Source: an uncultured Anaerolineales bacterium
GTDB taxonomy: Bacteria; Planctomycetota; Phycisphaerae; FEN-1346
Assembly (NCBI GenBank): GCA_964461715.1
Contig: CAYWVR010000006.1
Location: 55,923 to 119,922 of the forward strand
Reading direction: 5' to 3'
Length of the DNA: 64,000 nt
Shown here: positions 8,743-18,043 of the stretch, piece after piece
How positions within the stretch are numbered: the first letter of the stretch is position 1
Layout: each line of letters opens with the position of its first letter
Program-made: the position numbers and the translations under genes
Notes under the pieces: generated by a model
The model's database searches: none
What the model was told of the DNA's origin: nothing
The model's input: only the letters and a program-made list of their open reading frames with translations

Positions 8743-10851
8743 ATGAGGGACCGCCTGATCCTGCTGCTGCTCTTCGCCCTGGCCGGCCCGCTGGCCGCCG
8801 CCCCGCCCAAAATCCACGTCGACTGTGCGTTCGGATGGGACGGGCTGTACCGACCGTACGCGTGGATGCCGGTCGAGGTGGAGGCCCGCTGGAGCGAGGA
8901 GGCGATGCTGGAGACGGAGGTGTCGCTGTCGGTCCCGCAGGATGCGTTCTCGCAGGTGGAGATCACGCATGATTGCGTGCTCGTGGCAGACGTGCCGCAG
9001 CGAGTCCCGTTCCTGGCGAAGCTGCGGAGCGGCGGGCCCGAGTGCCGCGTCAACCTCCGGGGTCGGCGGCGGGGCCTCGTGTGGAGCGGGACGTTCTCGC
9101 AGTACGATTACCGGGGTCCGCGTCCGGCGCTCCGGCCGCTGGCCGCCCTGGATCGGCTCGTCGTGGTCGCGGGGCGGACGGGGTTCGGGCTGGGGCGGAT
9201 GCACCAGGCCCTCCGGCCGCGCGCCGTCGACGGCACCGGCGCCGACTACGAGTACGGCGAGCCGCGCCCCCCGAGGCTGTACGTCGTCGACCGCCGGGCG
9301 CGCCGCCTCCCCTTCGACGCGCCCGCCTACGACGCCGTCGACGTCCTCGTCCTGTACGATCCCGACTGGGCCGACCTCCGCCCGGACCAGAAGGAGGCGG
9401 TGGTCGCGTGGGTGCGGCGAGGCGGGACGGCCCTGCTCGTCCTGGGGACGCACGCCCTCGCCCCCGGCGACCCCCTGGCCGCGCTCCTCCCGATGGCGAT
9501 CGGCCCGGCCCGCGAGACGGTCGTCCCGCCCGAGACGCTGGGGGCCTGGGGTGCCGAAGGGGCGGAGCGCGAGACCGTCGCGTGCTGGGACCTGGCCCGG
9601 ACGGACGCCTTCGCCTGGCGGACCGAGACCTGGGGTACGGGCCGGACGATGTTGGCGGCGGGGCCGGTCGGGTTCGGCCGCGTCGGCGTCCTGGCGTTCG
9701 ACCCCTCGGTGGTGGGCGGGGCCCGGGGCGGAAACACGGCCTTCTTCTGGAAGGCGGTCCTGGAGACCGTGGATCCGGCCCTGGCGCTGGAGCCGGCCGC
9801 CCCCGGGCAGCCGGAGGACCCTTGGGATCTCGGCGCCGGCGACACCTACGATCTTCGGGCGGTTTCCCGCAACGTCCAGGGGGCCACGAACTCCGTTCTC
9901 GGGCACCTGATGAACATCCCGGAGATGCGGCCGATCAGCATCGGGTGGGTGGTGGCCCTGCTGGTGGGGCTGGCGGTGGTGATCGGCCCGATCGACTACT
10001 TTGTGCTGAAGCGCGGCGACCGGTTCCCGCTGACGTGGATCACGTTCACGGCGTACATCGGGGTCTTCTCGATCGTGGCCTACTACGGCGTATACGCGAT
10101 CCGGGCGGGGCGAACGCGGCTGCGGGTCGTGAGCGTCGCGGACGTGGTGGCCGAGGGCGGCGGTGCGACCGCCGGCTGGGTCTGCCACTACAGCGGCATC
10201 TGGGCCTCGGCGGGCGACGATTACTGTCCGGAGGGCCTGTCCCCGGACCAGTACTGGTCGACCCTCGGGCCGATCGAGATGGACGAGTACGGGATGGGCG
10301 GGGGGACGTCGCGGCGGATGGAATGCACCCAGCAGGGGGGCGGGAGTCTCCCCACGTACCTGCCGGTCAGCGTCTGGTCGATGCAGTGTCTGCTGAGCGA
10401 GAGCGCGTGCGGTCCGTCGCCCGTCGAGGCGCACCTGGAGGAGACGGCCGAAGGCCTGGAGGTGACGATCCGCAACGCGGGCCCCGCGCGCCTCGTCTCC
10501 GGCCGCGTGCTCGCCGGGGCCGGTGTGCTGGGCACGTTCGGGGCGCTCGAGGCGCAGCAGGAGACGATCGTCACGGGCCGTGCGACGGAGGGGTCGTGGA
10601 CGGCGGAGGCGGACAGCCACCTCCGGCGTGCGGGGGGGACCCGGGCGGCGGGGTTCGGGGCCCTGGGGTCGGCCCGTCGGGGGCGGCGGATCGACCGATT
10701 GCTGGAGCAGGGGGCGGTGCTGGTGGTGGCGCGGCTGGAGGGGGCGCCGCTTGAGTTCGGCCTCGGCGACCGGTCTCATCGGGTCGAGCACGAGGCGTGG
10801 GTGCGGCTGGTCCTTCTGCCGGAAGGGCCCGGGCGAGGAGGGGCCTCATGA
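8743..10851 (+). CDS. Signal-peptide, multi-TM envelope protein of unknown function
   Basis: The ATG at 8743 gives MRDRLILLLLFALAGPLAAAPP, which is signal-peptide-like. Central hydrophobic helices are present (ISIGWVVALLVGLAVVIGPIDYF, WITFTAYIGVFSIVAYYGVYAI). The stop overlaps the ABC ATPase start (ATGA at 10848-10851). No family is recognised. Confidence 0.65.
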   Translation: MRDRLILLLLFALAGPLAAAPPKIHVDCAFGWDGLYRPYAWMPVEVEARWSEEAMLETEVSLSVPQDAFSQVEITHDCVLVADVPQRVPFLAKLRSGGPECRVNLRGRRRGLVWSGTFSQYDYRGPRPALRPLAALDRLVVVAGRTGFGLGRMHQALRPRAVDGTGADYEYGEPRPPRLYVVDRRARRLPFDAPAYDAVDVLVLYDPDWADLRPDQKEAVVAWVRRGGTALLVLGTHALAPGDPLAALLPMAIGPARETVVPPETLGAWGAEGAERETVACWDLARTDAFAWRTETWGTGRTMLAAGPVGFGRVGVLAFDPSVVGGARGGNTAFFWKAVLETVDPALALEPAAPGQPEDPWDLGAGDTYDLRAVSRNVQGATNSVLGHLMNIPEMRPISIGWVVALLVGLAVVIGPIDYFVLKRGDRFPLTWITFTAYIGVFSIVAYYGVYAIRAGRTRLRVVSVADVVAEGGGATAGWVCHYSGIWASAGDDYCPEGLSPDQYWSTLGPIEMDEYGMGGGTSRRMECTQQGGGSLPTYLPVSVWSMQCLLSESACGPSPVEAHLEETAEGLEVTIRNAGPARLVSGRVLAGAGVLGTFGALEAQQETIVTGRATEGSWTAEADSHLRRAGGTRAAGFGALGSARRGRRIDRLLEQGAVLVVARLEGAPLEFGLGDRSHRVEHEAWVRLVLLPEGPGRGGAS

Positions 10852-11774
10852 TCCGGACCGAGAAGCTCACCAAAAGGTACGGTCGCCTCGGCGCGGTCGT
10901 GGACCTGGACCTGGAGATCGCCGAGGGCGACATCTTCGGGTTCATCGGTCCGAACGGGGCCGGCAAGACGACGACGATGCGGATGCTGGCGACGCTGATT
11001 CGGCCGACGCACGGCACGGCGACGGTGTGCGGGTTCGACGTGCGGAAGCAGGGCCGCGAGGTCCGCCGCCGCATCGGCTACATGCCCGACTTCATGGGCG
11101 TCTACGACGACCTGAAGGTGTTCGAGTATCTCGAGTTTTTCGCCTCGGCCTACGGCCTCCCCGGCCGTCGGCGCCCCGCCGTCATCGACGGCGTGCTGGA
11201 GCTGACGGACCTCACCTCGAAGCGGGCGACGCTCGTCGACAGCCTGTCGCGCGGCATGCAGCAGCGGCTCCAGCTCGCGCGGGTGCTCATTCACGACCCG
11301 CAGGTGCTCATCCTGGACGAGCCCGCCAGCGGCCTGGACCCGCGGGCGCGGATCGAAATCCGGGCGCTCCTGAAGGAGCTCAAGCGCATGGGCAAGACCA
11401 TCATGATCTCCTCGCACATCCTTTCGGAGCTGACGGCCCTGTGCGACCAGTTCGGCATCATTGAGCAGGGCCGGCTGCTGTTTTGCGGGTCGCTGGCCGA
11501 GATTCATCGCCGCCTCGGCCTCCATACGAAGGTCCGCGTCCGCGTCGCCGGCGACCCCGAAGGGGCCGTCGAGACCCTGGCCTCGCTGCCGGAGGTCGAG
11601 TCGGTCCGCATCGACGGCGGGGGGCTGGCCGTGCGGCTGGTGGAGGGGCAGCTCGCGGACGGGCTGCTGGCCGAGGCGCTTGTCAAGGCGGGCCACAAGG
11701 TGATGGCCCTCGTGCCGGAAGAGGTGAAGCTGGACGATGCGTTCCTGGAGCTGACGAAGGGGCAAGTGCAGTAG
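10848..11774 (+). CDS. ABC transporter ATP-binding protein
   Basis: Walker A GPNGAGKTT, ABC signature LSRGMQQRL and Walker B VLILDEPASGLD are all present. Confidence 0.92.
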   Translation: MIRTEKLTKRYGRLGAVVDLDLEIAEGDIFGFIGPNGAGKTTTMRMLATLIRPTHGTATVCGFDVRKQGREVRRRIGYMPDFMGVYDDLKVFEYLEFFASAYGLPGRRRPAVIDGVLELTDLTSKRATLVDSLSRGMQQRLQLARVLIHDPQVLILDEPASGLDPRARIEIRALLKELKRMGKTIMISSHILSELTALCDQFGIIEQGRLLFCGSLAEIHRRLGLHTKVRVRVAGDPEGAVETLASLPEVESVRIDGGGLAVRLVEGQLADGLLAEALVKAGHKVMALVPEEVKLDDAFLELTKGQVQ

Positions 11775-11799
11775 CGGTGCCTGCCCAAGGAGACGGGCC

Positions 11800-13659
11800 A
11801 TGACGACCGCCCATACCGCCCCCGCCGCCGAGCGCCTCTCGCTCCCGGATCGCCTGGGCCGGGCCGTGGGGCCGGTCTTCGAGAAGGAGCTTCGCGTCTC
11901 GAGCCGGCGCGGGCGGACGTACGTCCTGCGGTTCGTGTACCTGGCGGTGTTGACGGCGTTCGTGGCGGGGGTGTGGATGGCGGCCGTGGGGAACCTGGAC
12001 CGCCCATCGCTCCTGCGTCTCCAGTCGATGGCCCGGGCGGGCCAGGATGTGATCTGCGGCATCGCGTGGTTCCAGATGGCCGTGCTGCCGCTCCTGACGG
12101 CCGGGATGCTCTCGGCGTCGATCCGCGAGGAGGTGACGCGCCGGACGCTGCGGGTCCTGATGGCGACGCCCGTGACGGCGTACCAGGTGGTGCTCGGCAA
12201 GCTCCTCTCGCGCTTGCTGTATGTGCTGCTCCTGGCGGGGATCAGCCTGCCGCTCCTGGTGGTGGTGCGCGTCTTCGGCGGCGTGCCGTGGGGGTTCGTG
12301 GTGCGGGCGCTGGTGTGCGTGCTGACGGGGTCGGCGCTGGCGGGGTCGCTCAGCCTTTTCTTCGCGACGAGCCTGCGGAACCCGTACCTGGCGTTCCTCC
12401 TGACGCTGGTGGTGGGGGGATGGGCGCTGGTGGCCCTGGGGCTGGTGACCTCCGTCCCGCTGATGCTCGTGAACGGCGACCTTGTTCTCTACGCCAATGC
12501 CGCCATCAACCCGTGGTTCGGCCTCGGCGCCGCGACGGCCGAGATGATGTCGCCGGGCACCGGCGTCGTCCCGTGGGCGGTGACGGGCCTGCACATCCTC
12601 GTGACCGCCGCGGTGTGCGCGGGCATCCTGAAGCTGGCGGCGGTGTACGTGCGGCGGCAGGGCCTGCCCGGGCCGCTCACGCTCCAGGCCCCGAGCTACG
12701 CGGCGATGCCGGCGGCGGTGGCGCTGCCGAAGCCCTCCGCGGGACGCCGGGCCACCGAGACCGTCTCGACCGTCTCGGGACGGTGGCCGTCGTACCTGCG
12801 GCGCGTGAAGGGCCGGCCGCTCGTCTGGATCGACGCCTCGGTCCGATACCTGGCCCTTCGGATCGTGACGATCGTGGTGGCGGCGGTTCTGGGGTTCGTG
12901 GGCCTGTTGGGTCTGGTGGCCCAGATGGACGCGTCGATCGGCGGACGGGCCGAGATCTTCGGGACGATCAGTTGCGTGATGCTGGCGGCGGCGGCGCTGG
13001 TGACGGCCCTGCACACCGCGCCCACCCTGGCCGCCGAACGCGAGGCCGGGACGCTGGCCCTGTTGGCGTGCCTGCCGCGCGGCGGGGGGGCGGTGGTCCT
13101 GGAGAAGGCCCTGGCGAGCCTCAAGCGCGCGGGGCCCATCTGGCTGCCGCTGGTCGGGTTCGTGATGGTGGAGGCGGCGGCCCTGATCGCCCACCCCTTG
13201 GTTCTGCCGCTCGTCGGAATGATCGGCGGCGGGACGCTGGTCCTCTTGACGGGGACGGGACTCCTGGCCGGGAGCCTGGCCCGGCGGCCCGCGACGGCGG
13301 TGGTCATGAACCTGGCCGTGCTGATCGCGGTGGCGGTGGGCGTGCCGACGGCGGGGGGCCTGATGGGCGCGGCCGGAGTCGGGGACGAGGCGGCGTGGGC
13401 GGTGGAGGTGAACCCTCTTGCCCAGACGTGGGTGGCGACCGAGGGGGCCGTGGTCGCCAACCGGCCCGAGGGCGCCGAAGGGTGGGGCGGCCGGACCCGC
13501 CCGACGGGGCGGCCCTACCGTTGGCCCCCGACGCTTCGGTACCGGGGCCACGTCTCGACGGCGGTGATCGTCTTTGCCACGTCGGTGGTCCAGGCCCTCG
13601 TCGGTGTCGCCGCGGGCCTGTGGGCTTGGCGGCGATTGGAGAAGTTGGGATATACATAG
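11800..13659 (+). CDS. ABC-2 type permease, internally duplicated (about 12 TM)
   Basis: An AAGGAGA ribosome-binding site precedes the ATG at 11800. Two ABC-2-like halves each carry the E-x-x-x-(R/G)TL motif (REEVTRRTLRVLMATPV and AAEREAGTLALLACLP). The protein is hydrophobic throughout and follows the ABC ATPase directly. Confidence 0.8.
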   Translation: MTTAHTAPAAERLSLPDRLGRAVGPVFEKELRVSSRRGRTYVLRFVYLAVLTAFVAGVWMAAVGNLDRPSLLRLQSMARAGQDVICGIAWFQMAVLPLLTAGMLSASIREEVTRRTLRVLMATPVTAYQVVLGKLLSRLLYVLLLAGISLPLLVVVRVFGGVPWGFVVRALVCVLTGSALAGSLSLFFATSLRNPYLAFLLTLVVGGWALVALGLVTSVPLMLVNGDLVLYANAAINPWFGLGAATAEMMSPGTGVVPWAVTGLHILVTAAVCAGILKLAAVYVRRQGLPGPLTLQAPSYAAMPAAVALPKPSAGRRATETVSTVSGRWPSYLRRVKGRPLVWIDASVRYLALRIVTIVVAAVLGFVGLLGLVAQMDASIGGRAEIFGTISCVMLAAAALVTALHTAPTLAAEREAGTLALLACLPRGGGAVVLEKALASLKRAGPIWLPLVGFVMVEAAALIAHPLVLPLVGMIGGGTLVLLTGTGLLAGSLARRPATAVVMNLAVLIAVAVGVPTAGGLMGAAGVGDEAAWAVEVNPLAQTWVATEGAVVANRPEGAEGWGGRTRPTGRPYRWPPTLRYRGHVSTAVIVFATSVVQALVGVAAGLWAWRRLEKLGYT

Positions 13660-13730
13660 ACTACTTTGCGCTCTTTGTGCGGTGGGTCTCCGACCCGCCG
13701 CGCCTAAGGCCGGGGAGGCCCGGCGAGCCC

Positions 13731-15542
13731 ATGACGAGAGCCGATGCCCACCCCCGCCCCCTCCTCCTTCGCCCCCGCGACTGGGTGGGATGGGCGGCCG
13801 GGCCGGTCCTGGAGAAGGAGCTTCGCGTCGCGAGCCGGCGGCGGCGGACGTACCTGCTGCGGTTCGCATACCTGGCGGCGCTGGCCCTGCTGGTGGGTTG
13901 GGTGGCGTGGGAGGCCCGGGCGGGCGTCGGCTACGACGTTTTCCACCTCGCCGGGCCGATGGCCCGGGCGGGCCGCCAGATCGTCGAGGCGCTCGTCTGG
14001 TTCCAGTTCGTCGCGGCCCAGGTCGCGGCGCTGCTGGTGATGAGCACGGCGATTCGCGAGGAGGTGGCGCGGCGAACGCTGGGCGTGGTCCTGGCGACGC
14101 CGGTCTCGGCCTTCCAGTTCGCTCTGGGCAAGCTGCTGGGGCGGATGCTTCCGATCGCGCTCTTGGTGGCGGTCAGCCTGCCGCCGCTCGTGCTCGTGCG
14201 GGTGCTGGGCGGGGTGGCGTGGGAGGAGGTGGCCACGGGCCTCGGCCTCTCGCTGACGACGGCCCTCTGGGTCGGGGCTGCGACGATGCTCGCGGCGACG
14301 CTCTTTCGGCACCCCTGGGCGGCGGTGGTGGCGACCCTGGGCGTGTGGCTCCTCGTCTACTACGGCGGGGTGCTTGCGGAGCTGCTGCTCGCGTTCGCCG
14401 TCTTCGATCGGGAACCGAGCCTCGACGTGGCGCTCACGGGCTTCGCGTGGAACCCGTATGTGTTGATGGTTCTGCCGGAGGAGGTGTGGGCCCGGGCCAG
14501 TCCGACGACCTGGGCCTGGGCCGTGGCCGCGAACACCGGCCTCCAGCTTGTGCTGACGACGGGAGCGTTGAGCTTGGCGGCGCGGCGGATTCGGGCGATG
14601 GCCGTCGCTCGGCCGAGTCTCCCGAAGAAACGGTCGGCCCTGCATCGGCCGCTGCGTCTGCCGCTCGTCTCGCGGCTGGCGCGGGCCGTGATCACGTCGC
14701 CGATCGTCCTTCGGGAGATCCGGCCGCACTTCGGGGCCGCCCGATGGGCGGGCATCGTGGCCGGGGCCCTGGTGCTGGGCGGTGTGCTGGCCATGGACGT
14801 GACGGGCCTCGTGGTGGGGATGGAGAGGCGGCTCGTGGCGGGCCCGTTCGCGGCGGGGTGCGTGGTGCTCGTGGCGCTGGTGGGCCTGGTGACGGCGGTC
14901 CAGGCGGCCCCGGCCATTGCGGCCGAGCGCGAGGCCGGGACGCTCGTGCTGCTGCTGGCCACGCCCCTCGGGCTGGCCCGCATCGTCTGGCACAAGGTCC
15001 TGGGCATCCTGGTCCGATGCGGGCCCGTCTGGGGCGTGCTGGCAGTGCACGTCCTCCTGTTCGTCGTCTGGGCCGGGGTCCATCCGATCGTCCTGGTGCA
15101 CGTGGCGCTGGTGACGGGGGGGATGGCGGCCCTGGCGATCGGGTTCGGGCTCGCCTGGAGTGCCCTGGCGCGGCGGGTCTCGACGGCCGTCCTGGGCAAC
15201 ATCGCCACGCTGGGCGTCCTGTTCATCGCGGTACCCCTCGTCCTGGAGGACGTCGACCCGTGGGCGATGCCCGAGGGGGGGTACTTCCTGGCGCATCCGG
15301 TCTGGCAGGCGGTGGTGGCGGCCGAGGGGGCGGCGTCGCCGCGCACGGCCCTGCCGGGCACGGACGGGTCCCTACAGTACGGCGGGAACGCGGGGGGTCC
15401 GTCCTGGGGCTCGGGCGGTCCGTTCGGCGCCGGGGCCGCCACCGCGTGGTTCGGCCTGACCGCCGCCGCCCACGCCGCCCTCGGTCTTGCCGGGGCCGCC
15501 TTTGCCGCGCGCCGGCTGCGGCGGATGGGGGAGGGGGGATGA
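13731..15542 (+). CDS. ABC-2 type permease, paralog of 11800..13659
   Basis: The ATG at 13731 lies within track ORF 11973..15542. The sequence is collinear with the previous permease (GPVLEKELRVASRRRRTYLLRFAYLAAL; AAEREAGTLVLLLATP; C-terminal AAEGA... plus a final TM and RRLRR). Confidence 0.8.
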   Translation: MTRADAHPRPLLLRPRDWVGWAAGPVLEKELRVASRRRRTYLLRFAYLAALALLVGWVAWEARAGVGYDVFHLAGPMARAGRQIVEALVWFQFVAAQVAALLVMSTAIREEVARRTLGVVLATPVSAFQFALGKLLGRMLPIALLVAVSLPPLVLVRVLGGVAWEEVATGLGLSLTTALWVGAATMLAATLFRHPWAAVVATLGVWLLVYYGGVLAELLLAFAVFDREPSLDVALTGFAWNPYVLMVLPEEVWARASPTTWAWAVAANTGLQLVLTTGALSLAARRIRAMAVARPSLPKKRSALHRPLRLPLVSRLARAVITSPIVLREIRPHFGAARWAGIVAGALVLGGVLAMDVTGLVVGMERRLVAGPFAAGCVVLVALVGLVTAVQAAPAIAAEREAGTLVLLLATPLGLARIVWHKVLGILVRCGPVWGVLAVHVLLFVVWAGVHPIVLVHVALVTGGMAALAIGFGLAWSALARRVSTAVLGNIATLGVLFIAVPLVLEDVDPWAMPEGGYFLAHPVWQAVVAAEGAASPRTALPGTDGSLQYGGNAGGPSWGSGGPFGAGAATAWFGLTAAAHAALGLAGAAFAARRLRRMGEGG

Positions 15543-16130
15543 GCGAGACGGCCAAGGTCCGACCGCTCCTTCGGCGGCAGATGCGTGCGGCGGAGATCGG
15601 CCGCGACGTCGTCGCGGCTATCGTCACCCTCCAGGTCTTCATCCTGCCGCTTCTGGCGGCGGTGATCCTGGCGGCGTCGATGAGCGAGGAACGCCGGCGG
15701 CGGACCCTGGACGTCCTGATGGCCACGCCCGTCACGAGCCTCCAGGTGGTGGTGGGCAAGCTCCTCTCGAAGCTCCTCCAGTTGGGGCTCCTGTTGGCGC
15801 TCAGCCTGCCGATGCTCGCGCTCGTGCGGGTGCTGGGCGGCGCCGGGGGGCAAGGTCCCGGCCGGGCTGGTCGCGTGCGGGCACCCGCTGGTTCAGGCCG
15901 GCACGACGATGATGGAAGCGGCCGAAGGCGACGTCTTCGGTTTCTTCGGGTCGCCGGCGGAGGACGACAACGCCTGGGAGAATCTCTCCTACGACTGGGA
16001 GGGGCCGGTGGGGTTCCTGGGTCCCCTGGCGACGGCCGCCTTTCTGTTGGTGGTGGCGAGCGCGGAGGCGGCGGTGGGCTTTGCGTTCGGCTGCCTGGCC
16101 GCGCGCCGTCTACGGCGCCGGTCGCTTTGA
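15539..16130 (+). pseudogene. Collapsed, frame-disrupted third copy of the ABC-2 permease
   Basis: The ATG at 15539 overlaps the stop of copy 2. Only EERRRRTLDVLMATPVTSLQVVVGKLLSKLL...LVRVLGG is retained. After a G6 run (15845-15850), family homology (HPLVQAGTTMMEAAEG, final TM, RRLRRR) continues in another frame, in ORF 15909..16130. Confidence 0.55.
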
Positions 16131-16137
16131 CGGCGCC

Positions 16138-16183
16138 AAGGAAGCGCGGCGGGTCGGGAAACCCGCCGCGTCAGAGCTTCCTT
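16138..16183. terminator. Long GC-rich hairpin between convergent genes
   Basis: Outer arms are AAGGAAGC / GCTTCCTT and inner arms are GCGGCGGGT / ACCCGCCGC, with a 6-nt loop and one 6-nt bulge. It sits between the stop at 16130 (+) and the stop at 16199 (-). There is no long U-tract. Confidence 0.45.
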
Positions 16184-16198
16184 CTGAACCTTGCCACG

Positions 16199-17386
16199 CT
16201 ACCGTCGGCGGCGGAGGTATCCGACGAGGCCCGCGAGGCCCATCGCCAGGCCGGCGCAGGTGACCGGCTCCGGGATCGGGTCCTGCGTCGGCTGCGTCAT
16301 GTCCGGCCGCGTCATGTACACGTGGTTGGCGGTGGTGATGGTGCCGGCGGCCCAGAGGGAGGCGTTGACGTCCTTGGAGTTCTTCCGCCACGTGATGTCG
16401 CCGTAGGCGGGGTTCGAGGCGTAGACGACGCCGTACCAGTTCGACCCGTCGCCGCCGGTCCAGTTGCCGAAGGTCTCGAACCAGGGGTCGGTCGCGAGGG
16501 CCCCGCCCAGGAGGTTCATGCCGGAGAACTTGTCGAGGCTGACGTCGCCGAGGACGTAGACGGTCGTCGCGCCGGAGATGTCGATCTGCGCGTGATCGGC
16601 CAGCGTCAGGCTGTCCAGGAGGTACGTGCCCGGTGCGAAACCGTAGGTGCCGTAGGCGGACACGGTCAGGTCGCCGAGGCTCACCAGGCCCGTGATGTCG
16701 CCGGGGGTGGGGAGCGTGGGGCCGACGTAGGGCTGGACCGTGGGGACGAGGAAGCCGTCGGCGTAGGCCCCGACGGAGGCGGTCGCGTGCTTCGAGAGGA
16801 AGGGGCTGCCGGCGCCGCCCGGAAGGGTCAGCGTTCCCTCGACACGGCTGCTCCCAAACATCGTCACGGTGCTGGTGGCGGTGCCGACGGAAGCGTCGCC
16901 CATGACCTTGCTGGTTTTCAGGAGCGTCAGGTCGCCGCCCGAAGCCACGTTGCCTTCGACGTGGCTGCCTCCGCCCAGACTGACGGATCCGGAGGCGGCG
17001 ACGTTGCCGTAGATCTTGGCGTTGGAGCCCGTGCTCAGGGCCCCGCCCACGTCGATGTCGCCCTGGACCGACGTGCCGCCTCCGAGCGACGTGTCGCCGC
17101 TCGAGAGGACCGAGCCGTAGACGTGATTGTTCGAGCCGGTGCCGATGGTGGCGCCGCCGGTGATGCCCAGACCGTCGGTGCTTCCGTTGCCCACCGTGAT
17201 CACGCCGTTGCTGCCGATCAGGCCGTTGATGACCTTGCAGTCCGGCCCGAGGTTAACGGCGGTCTTGCCGAAGACGGCATAGTTGAAAATGGACGTGGCT
17301 CCGGCCGGGGCGACCAGCGCGGCCCCGAGCACGGCGGCGAGGGCGACCACTCGCGTCGCCTGTCCCGGCATGCGTGTACGCTTCAT
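16199..17386 (-). CDS. Secreted beta-helix-repeat protein with C-terminal PEP-CTERM sorting signal
   Basis: The C-terminus PIPEPVTCAGLAMGLAGLVGYLRRRR has the PEP motif, a TM and an Arg cluster. The N-terminus MKRTRMPGQATRVVALAAVLGAALVAPAGA is a signal peptide. Gly/Ser/Val repeats are present (GxxxVxGNV, e.g. IYGNVAASGSVSLGGGSHVEGNVASGGDL). The ATG at 17386 is preceded by AAGGGGG. Confidence 0.8.
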   Translation of the reverse strand: MKRTRMPGQATRVVALAAVLGAALVAPAGATSIFNYAVFGKTAVNLGPDCKVINGLIGSNGVITVGNGSTDGLGITGGATIGTGSNNHVYGSVLSSGDTSLGGGTSVQGDIDVGGALSTGSNAKIYGNVAASGSVSLGGGSHVEGNVASGGDLTLLKTSKVMGDASVGTATSTVTMFGSSRVEGTLTLPGGAGSPFLSKHATASVGAYADGFLVPTVQPYVGPTLPTPGDITGLVSLGDLTVSAYGTYGFAPGTYLLDSLTLADHAQIDISGATTVYVLGDVSLDKFSGMNLLGGALATDPWFETFGNWTGGDGSNWYGVVYASNPAYGDITWRKNSKDVNASLWAAGTITTANHVYMTRPDMTQPTQDPIPEPVTCAGLAMGLAGLVGYLRRRR

Positions 17387-17718
17387 CTTTACGGCCCCCT
17401 TGTTCCTGGACGTTCGGCGATTGACCTTGCCCTGGAGGGGGACCCCAAGCCGCACAGGCGGCCCCGACGCGCATACAGGCGCGCGGCCAAACTGGCCGCA
17501 AGGCGTGGTGGATCACCCCTCTATGGTGAACAACAGCCATTATGGTTTATAAAACGGGCCCTGTCAAACGGTTTCTGAGCTTCTTTGGCCCGTTCAAGGG
17601 GCGATTTCGGCGTTTTCAGGGCCTCCCTCAGGGCTTTGCCAGGGACGCTCCGGCCTTGGCGGCATTATAGTAAGGAAGCGGAGGCGGCGACGGACCGGGC
17701 CGGGGAGGGCCCACGGCG

Positions 17719-17982
17719 ATGGGAACGGGCGGGCGGACGGCATGGCGGGCGGTCCTGGTGGCGCTGGCGGTCCTGCTGGGCGCGGTCCTCATGGGCGGGA
17801 CGCTGCCCGTCTTCTTCCGCTGGGCCGTGCGGGACGACGCGGCGGTCGCGCGTGGGGCGGGAGCGGCCTACGCCCTCCACACCGCGGGCGCCGCCGCCGG
17901 GGTGGCCCTGGCGGGACGGATTCGGGAGACGCTGAAGAGGTTCGCAAACTCCATGGACGGAACGACCCCGCTCCGGCCATAA
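17719..17982 (+). CDS. Small membrane ORF, or a remnant of a larger membrane-protein gene
   Basis: 87-aa ORF with GC-rich third codon positions and one clear TM (AVLVALAVLLGAVLMGGTLPVFF). The MGGTLP ... YALHTAGAAAGVALAG pattern recalls the TM region of spermidine-synthase-like membrane proteins. No obvious ribosome-binding site is present. Confidence 0.25.
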   Translation: MGTGGRTAWRAVLVALAVLLGAVLMGGTLPVFFRWAVRDDAAVARGAGAAYALHTAGAAAGVALAGRIRETLKRFANSMDGTTPLRP

Positions 17983-18043
17983 TGTGCGAACCCTGAGCCC
18001 GCACGCGAGGTTTACTGAGGAGCACCCTGAGGAGGTGAGTGTG

